Shown here one piece after another: positions 27,048-37,078 of a stretch of DNA of 64,000 bases. Source of the stretch: an uncultured delta proteobacterium. GTDB lineage: Bacteria; Myxococcota; Kuafuiibacteriia; Kuafuiibacteriales; Kuafuiibacteriaceae. The stretch spans positions 448,001-512,000 of the forward strand of contig CAWDML010000009.1 in assembly GCA_963803435.1 (NCBI GenBank). Direction: 5' to 3'. The notes beneath the pieces were generated by a model. That model did not search any database. It saw nothing but the letters and a program-made list of their open reading frames with translations, and was not told the DNA's origin. Every line of letters begins with the position of its first letter. The first letter of the stretch is position 1. The position numbers and the translations under genes are program-made.

Positions 27048-29728
27048 GCGTCGCTCCGCGGGCGGCCGCTTCTGATCGCGAGGAGCGCGGGCACGAGCAG
27101 GAACGAGGCGACGAGCACGCATCCGACGCCGAGCACCAGCACCAGGCCGATGCTGAAGATGCCCCGGTGGCGCGCCACCAGCAGGCTCCCGAACCCGATC
27201 ATCGTGGTGAGACCGCTGGCGGCCACCGCCCAGGCGGTCGACGTGGCGAGGAGCGAGAACCCAGCGCGCCGGTCCTCGAGGTAGCGCTTGGTGAGATGGA
27301 TACCGCTGTCCACGCCGATTCCGATCAGGAGCGGCAACATGATCGAGTTGGCGAGGTTGAGCTCGACCCCGAACCCGGACATCAGCCCGAGGGCCCAGAT
27401 GCCGCCGACCAGCAACGGTGCGAACGAGAGCGCGATCCCGAGCAGCGTGCGGAGCTCGAGCGCGAGCACCACCAGGATCACGACCAGGGCGTAGAGACCA
27501 CCGCGCTCGTACCCCGCCCGCATCGCGTTGGCGGCCTCGAACGTCTGCACGGGAGCGCCGGTGACGGTGGGGTCGACGGCGCGGAGCTCGCCGAGCAGCT
27601 CGGCCATGTTGTCGTGCTGCCAGATGTCGCTTCGAGCGTAGATCTGGAGGAGGTACCGGCCATGGCGGCCGATGAAGCGTCCGGTGATCGACGGCGGCAG
27701 ATCCGCGAGCGTGACGGGCCCGGGATCCAGGCCGGCGGTGAGCGTGCCGAGCTGGTGATAGAAGTCGTCGAAGAGCCGGACCTCGAACGCTGACAGCTTC
27801 GGGATGGTGTCGCTCGCCGGGAGCGCGGGGAGGATCCGAGCCAGGAGCGCGCGCGTTCGATCGAGCTGCTCCTGATCGGGGCGGCGGCCCGGAGACCAGC
27901 GTGCGGAGGCCGCTTCGCTCAGCTTGAAGCGGATCGACTGGAGCGTGGCGGTGAGGGCGTCGAGATCGATCGGGGCCGGGCGGCGGGGGCGGAGCGAGAG
28001 GTCACCGACCAGCGGCCGGATCGCACGGAGGGCCTCGCGTCGCTCCTCCTGGTGGCTGGGAAGGAGCGACGCGATGCTCTCCACGCGCTCGACCGCGGGG
28101 AGGGTGGCGAAGGCCTCGGCGCGCCGGCGGGTCTCCTCGAGCGTCGGCGCGATCGAGACCGCGTACCACGTGGACCGCTGCGAGCCGGCCATGATCCGTC
28201 GCTCCCAGTCGACCGACTCGGTGCCGTGGGCCTGGAGCTCGAGGAGGTTGTCGTCGAAGGACAGGCGCGGCAGGAGCGCGGCCGTTGCCAACGTGAAGAG
28301 CGCCACGGCGGCGAGCACCCCGTACGCCTGTCCGTCGAGCCACGCCAGTGCGCGCGCGGTGGAGCGGGGCACGGTCGGAGGCCGGCGCGCAGGGCTCGAC
28401 AGCGAGATCAGGGCCGGAAACATCGTGAGGGCGGAGAGGAGGGCGAGCAGCACGCCGGTACCGGCGATGGCGCCGACCTGCGCGAGCCCGCGGAAGCCGG
28501 TGAGCGTGACGGCGTAGAACGCGAGCGCGGTGGTGACGGCGCCCGCGGTCATGCCGGGGCCCGCGCCGATCAACGCCCGCGAGAGCGCGACCTCGTCCGA
28601 GACACCGCCGGCGCGCTCCTCCTGGAAGCGGCAGAGGAGATGAATGCCGAAGTCGATCCCCAGCCCGATCACGATGGCGGTGAACGCGATCGAGAGCACG
28701 GTGAGATAGCCGATGCTCAGCGCCGCGAACCCCAGGGTCCACGCCATCGAGAGCAGCAGCGCGATCCCGGCGTACAACGGCCCGCGGAGCTCGCGGAACA
28801 TGAGGATGAAGAGCAAGAGCACGCCGCCGATCGCGATGAATGTGGAGATCGTCATGTCGCGCCTGCTGGCGGACATCTCGTCGGTGGCGAGCGCGAACAT
28901 CCCCGTCACGCCGGCGTCGACGCTGGGGTGGCGCGCGCGAGCGAGGGCGACGTCGCTCCGGATGGTCGCGAGCACGCCGGCCGCGAAGTCGAAGTCGCCT
29001 GCGCGCTTCTGCGGCTGGATCAGCACGAAGTAGAAGCGCCCGTTCTTCGAGCGGAGGAAGCTGGACGTGCCAGGCTCCACCAGGGCCTTCCACGGGGAGT
29101 GAAACGTCCGGCCGCGGGTGGCCCGCTCGAGCTCGAGGAGGAGCGACTCCAGCACCGACAGGTCGAAGGGCGCGACGTTCTTTCCAGGCGTGGGCTCGCC
29201 GAACAGGCTGGAGAGGGCGTGCGACACCATGGCCGCGCTCATCTCGGTGTTGATGGCCTCGAAGAGACGGTTGAGCCCGGGTCTCGCCGACACGTCGGCA
29301 ATCAGATCGTGGTGCTCCGCCAGCCTGCTCCGGAGCGTCTCGATCTCGGGCCGCGTCAGATAGAGGAGCTTCTTCGAGTCGAGCGCGGAGGTTTCGATGC
29401 GGGCGGAGATCGAGCGGACCCGCTCCGTGTCACGCTCGAGGCTCGCGGCCACGTCGGTGATGAAGTCTTCGATCTCGTCCTGGTCCGGCCCGGTGGCCGC
29501 GATGATGATGTCGTCCGACTTCTCGAACTCGTCGCGGTATCGGCGATAGAGACGGTTGTACGGCCGGTGGGGAGAGATGAGCGCGCTCCGGCTGGTCTCG
29601 AGGCGCAGGTGGCCCGACGCGTAGGCGAGCGACGCGAGCGCCAGCGCGATCCCGGCGGCGAGGAGCAGGGCAGGGTGATCGAACGCGAGGAGCCCCAGCC
29701 TGCCGAAGATGCGCGCTCGGAGGTTCAC
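27044..29728 (-). CDS. hpnN: HpnN hopanoid transporter (MMPL/RND)
   Basis: Two TM blocks with GLGIDFGIH and GIGVDSGIH, LELQAHGTESV, GRYLLQIY, VTGAPV; hopanoid context. Confidence 0.85.
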   Translation of the reverse strand: MNLRARIFGRLGLLAFDHPALLLAAGIALALASLAYASGHLRLETSRSALISPHRPYNRLYRRYRDEFEKSDDIIIAATGPDQDEIEDFITDVAASLERDTERVRSISARIETSALDSKKLLYLTRPEIETLRSRLAEHHDLIADVSARPGLNRLFEAINTEMSAAMVSHALSSLFGEPTPGKNVAPFDLSVLESLLLELERATRGRTFHSPWKALVEPGTSSFLRSKNGRFYFVLIQPQKRAGDFDFAAGVLATIRSDVALARARHPSVDAGVTGMFALATDEMSASRRDMTISTFIAIGGVLLLFILMFRELRGPLYAGIALLLSMAWTLGFAALSIGYLTVLSIAFTAIVIGLGIDFGIHLLCRFQEERAGGVSDEVALSRALIGAGPGMTAGAVTTALAFYAVTLTGFRGLAQVGAIAGTGVLLALLSALTMFPALISLSSPARRPPTVPRSTARALAWLDGQAYGVLAAVALFTLATAALLPRLSFDDNLLELQAHGTESVDWERRIMAGSQRSTWYAVSIAPTLEETRRRAEAFATLPAVERVESIASLLPSHQEERREALRAIRPLVGDLSLRPRRPAPIDLDALTATLQSIRFKLSEAASARWSPGRRPDQEQLDRTRALLARILPALPASDTIPKLSAFEVRLFDDFYHQLGTLTAGLDPGPVTLADLPPSITGRFIGRHGRYLLQIYARSDIWQHDNMAELLGELRAVDPTVTGAPVQTFEAANAMRAGYERGGLYALVVILVVLALELRTLLGIALSFAPLLVGGIWALGLMSGFGVELNLANSIMLPLLIGIGVDSGIHLTKRYLEDRRAGFSLLATSTAWAVAASGLTTMIGFGSLLVARHRGIFSIGLVLVLGVGCVLVASFLLVPALLAIRSGRPRSDA

Positions 29729-29738
29729 CGCTGGGGCC

Positions 29739-31950
29739 TCAGGAGACCGCTCCGAAGAGCTCACCGAGCGCGGCGTCCGAGCCGACCGAGCGGCGCGCCC
29801 GCTCGAACAGCTGGGCCACCGCCTCGCGGCTGATCTTGGGGGTCTTGCCACGCTGGAGCGTGTCCCGGCCGCGCTCGATCTCCGAGAGCGAGGCGAGCGC
29901 GAGGACCAGCGGTACCGTGCAGAACATCCGGACCGCCGCGCCGCCGGACACCGGCCACAGGATGGTGTACTCCTTGGCGCGATCCAGGTGCCGGCGCGCG
30001 TGTGCCGCCAGCGCTCGCATCATGCCCAGTGCGCGCTCGCGCTCCTCGGGGTCGAGCACGCGATCGAGGGCGACGCCGTGCGCCTCGGCCACCGACTGGG
30101 GGATGAAGCAGGCTCCGCGCTCGGAGTCCTCGGCGACGTCCTTGAGGATGTTCACCATCTGCAGCCCGAGCCCGAAGCTGGCGGCGCGGCTGCGGATGCC
30201 GTAGCGACGGTCGGCGCGGAGCTCGGGGACGTCGTGCTCGAACAGCTCGGTCAGGAGCACGCCGACCGTCCCGGCCACGAAGTGGCAGTAGGTCTCGAGA
30301 TCGTCGAGATCGTCGATCTCGAGGTGGCCCCGTTGATCCTGGCGCGCCGCGTAGAAGCGCATGCCTCGGGACATCTCCAGGACGTGTGGTCGGATCGAGC
30401 TGCGCGCGTGGTCCGGCAGGCGGCGAAAGCTGCGAAACACCGAGCCGGAGTTCTTTGCCAGCTCGACCTCCGCCGAGGCGGTGCCGTCGGGGAAGCGGCG
30501 TCGCCACGTACGCTCGAAGCTCGACACCTCCGCGTCGTCTCGCTGGAGCATCCGGTCGAACTCGTCGAAGAGGAGCTGGCGGAGCCTCGGCTCGAGGCCC
30601 GGCTCGTCCTCGACGGTGTCGACGACGCGACACAGGAGGTACGCGGTCCGCACCGACTCGCGGAGGCCCGCCGGGAGGGCGTCGATCGAGAGGGCGAAGG
30701 TTCGCGAGACCAGCGGGAGACAGGCCTCGCAGTACGCTCGGTCCCGCTCCGAGTCGCCGCTGCGCTCGTTCTTGCGCACGTGCAGCCTCATGTGACCCCC
30801 TTGAATTCCTTCGGCCGCCAGCGCACGCAGCGCTCCCAGGTTCTGCGCCAGCCCGACCGACGCCACCAGCCCGGCCAGGGTGGACGCGTTCGCGACGCCC
30901 GAGATCTGGAACGCCGACCGCACCGTCGGGTGGACGCGCGTGATGCCGCCGACAACGCCCACGGCCATCGGGATCGTCATCGCGCCCTCGAGCCGATTGT
31001 GGCGGATGCGCCAGCGCGCCAGCGGCGCATACCGACCCGAGCTCGACGCGTACGCGTGGGCCGCCGCCTCCACCGCCCGCCAGTCCTGTCCGAAGGCGAC
31101 CAGGACCGCGTCGATCCCGTTCATGATCCCCTTGTTGTGGGTGGTGGCTCGATGCGCGTCGCGTTCGGCGAAGACCGTGGCTTCCAGAATCCCGAGGGCC
31201 AGGTCCGCTCCGCGGCCGGCGCTCTTTCGAATCGAGCGCCGCCAGGGGCACGGCGCCCCAGACGCGGACGGTCCGCAGGTGGCACAGGTTCGTGAGGATG
31301 CGGAGTCGAACGCGTCCGCCGGCCAGCCGCTCCAACTCGGGCGCCAGCTCTTCGCACATCGAGTTGATCAGGTTGGCGCCCATCGCCTCACCGACGTCGA
31401 CGAGCAGATGAACGATGAACATCGAGGGGAGCGGATCCGTGGCACCGGCGGGATCGAGGATCCGGACGCTGAGATCGCGCGCCCCACCGCCGGCCGTGAC
31501 GAGCCGGGGGTGGAGGGCGTTGGCCCGGGCCAGGAGCTCGGTCCGGGCGGCGCCGATCGCCGCACGCGCGCGATCGGGATCCGCGACGTCGAGCAGCTGG
31601 ATCTGTCCCTCCATCAGCGGCGGCGCGACTCTGGTGAAGATCCCCCCACCGGCGCGCAGCAGCTTGGCCGCGTGACTGGCCGCCGCGATCACCGAGGGCT
31701 CCTCGATCGCCATCGGGACGATCCGGTCCCGGCCGTCCACCCGCAGGTTGACGCAGACGCCCAGCGGCAGCCCGAGGACGCCGATCGCGTTCTCCACCAT
31801 GCGATCGGCGCGATCCGTGTCGAGGCCGCGAGCCAGGTCGTCCAGCACGTTGGGCCCCAGCCGCTCGCCCAGACGTGAAATGCGCTCGACCGGTGAGAGG
31901 CGGTAGAAGCCGGGTAGCTCGCTGCTTGTTTCGCTGGTGATTCGAGCCAT
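29739..31950 (-). CDS. Class II HMG-CoA reductase fused to squalene synthase; apparent frameshift near 31200-31230
   Basis: ENAIG, MAIEEPSVIAAAS, EAMGAN, then in another frame THNKGIMNGIDAV..GQDWRA..AQNLGALRAL..GIQGGHMRLH running without a stop into SRTFALSI, DTVED, YCHFVAGTVG, LQMVNILKDVAED. Confidence 0.8.
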
Positions 31951-32181
31951 CGAGGGCGCTCCCTGGCCGATCGTACAAGGCACATGCCACGGCGAACGGA
32001 TCGCAACTCCGTGGGCGGTCCGCTGCGCGTGAATCGTGAACCCTCCGCGGCCTCGCCCCGGCGGCGCAGGATGCCTCCACCCTCGTGGGTGTTGCATAGG
32101 CCCCCGTTTTTCGCGTGCTCGACTCCCGCCGTGTCGGCTGATGGCGGAACACATTCTGCTCCGCTCATCGAGCGACTCACC

Positions 32182-34176
32182 ATGCGCAAGATCGATTCGA
32201 CGATTCCGCTGGCCGAGCTCGGAGCTGCTGCACAGAAGGCGCGCGAGCGATCGGCGCTCGAGATCGCTGTGGAGAGGGCGGCGGCCCACCTTCGATCGCT
32301 ACAGGCGGAGGATGGTCACTGGTGCGGCGAGCTCGAGGGCAACAGCATCCTCGAGTCCGAATACCTGTTGATGCTCCGCTTCCTCGGCCGGTGGGACGAC
32401 GCGCGGGTTGCGAAGGCCTGCGCGCTGATTCGGCGCCTCCAGAACGACGACGGGGGATGGTCGATCCACCCCGGCGGTCCTGCCGACGTCAGCACGTCGG
32501 TGAAGGCGTACTTCGTCCTCAAGCTCGCGGGCGATCGCGCCGACGCGCCCCACCTGGAGCGTGCGCGGGCGCGAATCTTGGCGCTGGGCGGGATCGACGC
32601 TGCCAACTCCTTCACCAAGATCGAACTCGCGATCTTCGGCCAGTTTCCGTGGGAGCGCTGCCCGGCCATCCCGCCCGAGATGATCCTTCTGCCCGACCGC
32701 TTCCCCTTCAACATCTACTCGATGTCCTCCTGGTCGAGGGTCATGGTGGTGCCGCTCAGCATCATCTGGGCGCACCGGCCGGTGCACCTGATCCCTCCGA
32801 AGCTCGGGATCGCCGAGCTCCGCGCGCCGGCCGGTGCGACCGGCCCGACCGGCCCGATCGGCCCGATCGGCCCGACCGGACGTGAGCGCTCGCTCGAGGG
32901 TCGGCTCTGGCGCGGCTTCTTCCGCCTCGTCGATCGGGCGCTCTGGAAGATGGAGCGCTGGCCCCACTCCTGGATGCGGCGCCGCGCGCTCGAACGCGCG
33001 GAGCGCTGGGTCCTCGACCGCATGGAGAGGTGCGACGGGATCGGAGCGATCTTCCCGCCGATCGTGAACAGCGTCTACGCGCTGCGATGCCTGGGCTACT
33101 CCGTCGATCATCCTCACCTCGCCCGGCAGCTCGCGGAGCTGAGGAGGCTCGAGATCGAGGACGGCGAGACGCTGCGGGTACAGCCTTGCGCGGGCGCCAC
33201 CTGGGACACCGCGCTCGCGCTCGGCGCGCTGCTCGACGTGGACGGTGGTCTCGGGTCGGCGACGGCGGTGCGGCGGGCGGCGCGCTGGCTGGTCGACCGC
33301 GAGGTGCGCGAGCCCGGCGACTGGCAGCGGAAGACGGACGGCGCGCAGCCCGGGGGCTGGTCCTTTCAGGCTCAGAACGAGCTCAACCCGGACTGTGACG
33401 ACACCGCCGAGGTGCTGGCGGCGATCGCGCGGGTCGAGGGCCTGGATTCCCTGGAGTCGTGGCGGACGAAGGCGGCGGCGGCTCGAGGCTCGAGCTGGCT
33501 GCTGGCGATGCAGAGCGACGACGGCGGGTGGGCGGCCTTCGATCGCAACTGCGATCAGCGCGCGCTCACCTACGTCCCGTTCGCGGACCACAACGCGATG
33601 ATCGATCCGAGCACCGAGGACGTCACCGGACGTGCGTTGGTGGCGCTGAATCGGATGGGCGTGCCCCGGTCGCACCCGGCGGTGCGGAGCGCCGTGCGCT
33701 TCCTCGAGCGCGCGCAGCAGCCCGACGGCACCTGGTACGGCCGCTGGGGATGCAACTATCTGTATGGGACGTATCTGGCGCTGTCGGGCCTCCGGGCGGC
33801 AGGCGAGGATCTGCGCCGGCCGCGGTATCGCCGGTCCCTGGACTGGATCCGCGCCCACCAGAACGCCGACGGAGGCTGGGGCGAGTCCTTCGCCTCGTAC
33901 GCCGATCCGGCCACCAAGGGGATCGGCGAGAGCACGGCCGCGCAGACGGCCTGGGCGCTGCTCGGCCTGTTCGCCGGCGGCGATCACGTCTCGGATTCGG
34001 TCCATCGCGGCGTCGAATATCTGCTCGAGCGCCAGGACCCCGACGGGCGCTGGCGCGATCGCCCGTGGACCGGCACCGGCTTTCCCGAGGTCTTCTATCT
34101 CCGCTACGACCTCTATCCCCTCTACTTCCCGCTGAAGGCGCTGGCGGTGCATCTCCGAGGAGGAGCTTCGCGATGA
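32182..34176 (+). CDS. shc: Squalene-hopene cyclase
   Basis: QW repeats (QNDDGGW, QSDDGGW, QQPDGTW, QNADGGW), DCDDTA catalytic motif, WYGRWGCNY, TGTGFP..FYLRY..Y. Confidence 0.95.
   Translation: MRKIDSTIPLAELGAAAQKARERSALEIAVERAAAHLRSLQAEDGHWCGELEGNSILESEYLLMLRFLGRWDDARVAKACALIRRLQNDDGGWSIHPGGPADVSTSVKAYFVLKLAGDRADAPHLERARARILALGGIDAANSFTKIELAIFGQFPWERCPAIPPEMILLPDRFPFNIYSMSSWSRVMVVPLSIIWAHRPVHLIPPKLGIAELRAPAGATGPTGPIGPIGPTGRERSLEGRLWRGFFRLVDRALWKMERWPHSWMRRRALERAERWVLDRMERCDGIGAIFPPIVNSVYALRCLGYSVDHPHLARQLAELRRLEIEDGETLRVQPCAGATWDTALALGALLDVDGGLGSATAVRRAARWLVDREVREPGDWQRKTDGAQPGGWSFQAQNELNPDCDDTAEVLAAIARVEGLDSLESWRTKAAAARGSSWLLAMQSDDGGWAAFDRNCDQRALTYVPFADHNAMIDPSTEDVTGRALVALNRMGVPRSHPAVRSAVRFLERAQQPDGTWYGRWGCNYLYGTYLALSGLRAAGEDLRRPRYRRSLDWIRAHQNADGGWGESFASYADPATKGIGESTAAQTAWALLGLFAGGDHVSDSVHRGVEYLLERQDPDGRWRDRPWTGTGFPEVFYLRYDLYPLYFPLKALAVHLRGGASR
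32842..32880 (+). repeat. 9-bp tandem repeat GGCCCGA(C/T)C x4 inside shc
   Basis: Encodes GPTGPIGPIGPTG in frame. Confidence 0.85.
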
Positions 34177-35179
34177 GACATCCGATGCATCTCGCGGTCG
34201 ACATGGTGTGGCATCAGCTGAAGAACGCGCTCCGAGGGGCGGAAGCGGTTATCCGTTCGTCCTGATGCTGGAGCCGCTCTACACCTGCAACCTGGCCTGC
34301 ATAGGCTGCACCCCCGAGCGCCACACCGGCAGGCTCGACGATCGCCTGCCCGGTCGTCGGACTGCCTCGAGGCGGTGGAGGACTGCGGCGCGCCGATGGT
34401 CTCGATCTGCGGAGGCGAGCCGACGCTCTATCCCGAGCTGCCGGAGCTGGTCGACGGCATCATCGCCCGGCGCGGCACATCTACCTCTGCACGAACGGTC
34501 TGCTGCTCGACACGCAAGGTGTTCGGGACGATCGCCCCCGCAGCGAGCGGCTCACCGATCAACGTGCACCTCGACGGCATGCGCGAGACGCACGACACGG
34601 TCTGCGCCCGCGAGGGTGTCTTCGACAAGGCGGTGGCGATGATCGCGGAGGGCGAAGCAGCTCGGCTACCACGTCGTCACCAACACCACCGTCTTCAAGG
34701 AGACGAGGATCGACGAGATCGAGGCGCTCTGCGCCAGCTCGTACCGAGCCTCGGCGATCGACGGGATGCTGATCTCGCCCGGCTACCACTACGAGAGCGT
34801 GTCGAACGACATCTTCCTCACCCGCAAGGAGATCCAGGCGAAGTTCCAGCGGATCCTGGAGCTGGCGAAGCGCTTCCGGCTGACCTCCACGCCGATGTTC
34901 CTCGAGTTCGCGGCCGGCCTCAGGGACTACGCCTGCTCGCCCTGGAGCACGGTGACGTTCACGCCGCAGGGCTGGAAGGCGCCCTGCTACCTGATCGGCA
35001 ACGAGTACACGTTCGACTGGAGCGACGTTCTGGGAGGGCACCGACTGGGACTACTGGGAGTCGCGCCAGGATCGACTCTGTCAGAACTGCGCGATGCACT
35101 CGGGTTCGAGGCGTCGGCGGTGCGAGCGCTGGGAAGGAGCCCTCGGGACATGGTCCGCATGGTCCTGTGGAATCTATGA
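34173..35179 (+). pseudogene. hpnH: Adenosylhopane-forming radical SAM enzyme HpnH, multiply frameshifted as assembled
   Basis: YPFVLMLEPLYTCNLACIGC, SICGGEP, NVHLDG..HD..GVFDKA, ISPGYHYE, CSPW..GWKAPCYLI spread over several frames. Confidence 0.8.
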
Positions 35180-36111
35180 GGCGGAACCTGGTGACCGGCG
35201 CGACCGGGTTCATCGGGTCGCACGTGGTCAGGGCGCTCCTGGACCGCAAGGAGGAGGTGCGCTGTCTGGTGCGCCCCGGGAGACGCCGCGACGCGCTGGC
35301 GTCGCTCGGCGTCGAGCTCGCGACCGGCGAGCTGGACCAGCGCGAGAGCCTGGTGGACGCCGCGCGGGGGTGCGACGCCGTCTTTCACTGCGCGGCCGAC
35401 TATCGCCTGTTCGCTCGCCGTCCCGCCGAGCTCTACGTGACGAACGTCGGCGGCACCGAGAACGTGCTGTCCGTTTGCGCCCAGCTGGGCGTCTCGAGCG
35501 TCGTCTACACCAGCTCGGTCGCCACCATGGGCCCGCTGGTCGGACACTACAAGCGGAGCAAGTTCCTCGCCGAAGAGGTCGCTCTCGCCTGGTACCGGCG
35601 GGGCCTCCCGGTCGTGATCGTGAATCCTTCCACGCCGGTCGGCGAGGGTGACGGGCGACCCACGCCGACGGGCCGGATCATCGTCGACTTTCTCGCTGGT
35701 CGAATGCCCGCCTATGTCGACACCGGTCTCAACCTGATCGACGTCCGCGACGTCGCTGCGGGCCACGTGCTGGCGCGCGATCGCGGCACGGCCGGCGCGC
35801 GGTATCTGCTCGCGCATCGAAACATGACGCTCGCCGCGCTCCTGGCCGTGCTGTCGGAGATCTCGGGCCGCCCGGCTCCACGGCTCGAGCTGCCTCACTT
35901 CGTCCCGCTGGTCTGGGGTGCGATCGACACGCTGATCGCGCGCGCGCTGGATCGTACGCCGCGGGTTCCGCTCGAGGCCGTACGCATGTCGAGGAAGAAG
36001 ATGTTCTTCGACGGCACGCCGTCGGCGCGCGCGCTCGGACTGTCGCGTGGCCCGGTCGAGCCGGCGCTGGCCCGCGCCGTGGCGTGGTTTCGGACGCATC
36101 GTTACGTGTGA
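35176..36111 (+). CDS. hpnA: Hopanoid-associated NAD-dependent epimerase/dehydratase
   Basis: VTGATGFIG, HCAADYRL, YKRSK, NPSTPVG..PTPTG, PAYVDTGLN. Confidence 0.85.
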   Translation: MRRNLVTGATGFIGSHVVRALLDRKEEVRCLVRPGRRRDALASLGVELATGELDQRESLVDAARGCDAVFHCAADYRLFARRPAELYVTNVGGTENVLSVCAQLGVSSVVYTSSVATMGPLVGHYKRSKFLAEEVALAWYRRGLPVVIVNPSTPVGEGDGRPTPTGRIIVDFLAGRMPAYVDTGLNLIDVRDVAAGHVLARDRGTAGARYLLAHRNMTLAALLAVLSEISGRPAPRLELPHFVPLVWGAIDTLIARALDRTPRVPLEAVRMSRKKMFFDGTPSARALGLSRGPVEPALARAVAWFRTHRYV

Positions 36112-36121
36112 GGAGAGTGCC

Positions 36122-37078
36122 GTGGAAACGAAGCCTTTGATCGCCCTCCATCCGGAGCGCGCCCTCGCCCGAAAGCTGATCATCCAGATCCCCTGTTACA
36201 ACGAGGAGGAGTCCCTGCCGTCGACCCTCGCGGCGCTGCCGAGGACCCTCCCCGGGATCGGTCGGATCGAGTGGCTCGTCGTCGACGACGGGAGCACCGA
36301 CGGCACCTGTAGGGTGGCGCGACGCTGCGGTGCCGACTACGTGCTCGAGCAGCCGAAGCACGGCGGGCTGGCGCTCGCCTTCACCGCCGGTGTGCGCGCC
36401 GCCCTGCGCGCCGGCGCCGACGTCATCGTCAACACCGACGCCGACAACCAGTATTGCGCCGACGACATCGGGCGCCTGATCCGTCCCGTTCTCGACGGCG
36501 AAGCGGACCTGGTCGTGGGAGCCCGGCCGATCGATCAGACCGATCACTTCTCCCCGGTGAAGAAGCGCCTCCAGCACCTGGGGAGCTGGTTGGTCCGCCT
36601 CCTCAGCGGCACCGACGTCCCCGACGCTCCCAGCGGTTTTCGCGCCCTCAGCCGCGAGGCCGCGCTCCGCATCAACGTCTTCAGCGATTACACATACACG
36701 CTCGAGACGCTCATCCAGGCCGGGCGCGCGGGCCTGCGCGTGCGCTCGGTACCGATCAAGACGAACGGGCCCACGCGGCCCTCGCGGCTGATGCGCAGCA
36801 CCGCCTCCTACGTGCTTCGTTCGCTGGGCACGCTGCTGGTGATCGCGATGGTGTACCGGCCGCTGGCGTTCTTCTTCGGCGTCGGCCTGCTCCCGGTCGC
36901 GGCCGCCCTGGTGGTCCTCCTCGCGAGCCCGACGACGGCGGGCCTCCTCTTCCTCTTGGGCGCGGCCACCTGGCTGTTCGGGTTGCTGGCCGAGCTGACC
37001 GCGGTGAATCGGAAGATCCTCGAGGAGCTCCAGCTGAAGAACCGGCGCGACGAGCTGGCGCCCAGGAATCGCAGATGA
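36122..37078 (+). CDS. GT2 glycosyltransferase (polyprenyl-phosphate sugar synthase-like) with C-terminal TMs
   Basis: IPCYNEE, VVDDGSTD, TDADNQY, DAPSGFRA. Confidence 0.85.
   Translation: METKPLIALHPERALARKLIIQIPCYNEEESLPSTLAALPRTLPGIGRIEWLVVDDGSTDGTCRVARRCGADYVLEQPKHGGLALAFTAGVRAALRAGADVIVNTDADNQYCADDIGRLIRPVLDGEADLVVGARPIDQTDHFSPVKKRLQHLGSWLVRLLSGTDVPDAPSGFRALSREAALRINVFSDYTYTLETLIQAGRAGLRVRSVPIKTNGPTRPSRLMRSTASYVLRSLGTLLVIAMVYRPLAFFFGVGLLPVAAALVVLLASPTTAGLLFLLGAATWLFGLLAELTAVNRKILEELQLKNRRDELAPRNRR

Noticed and set aside
32182-34176. Oxidosqualene cyclase / sterol pathway
   Set aside because: The DxDD motif and hpn context indicate SHC; no squalene epoxidase seen.
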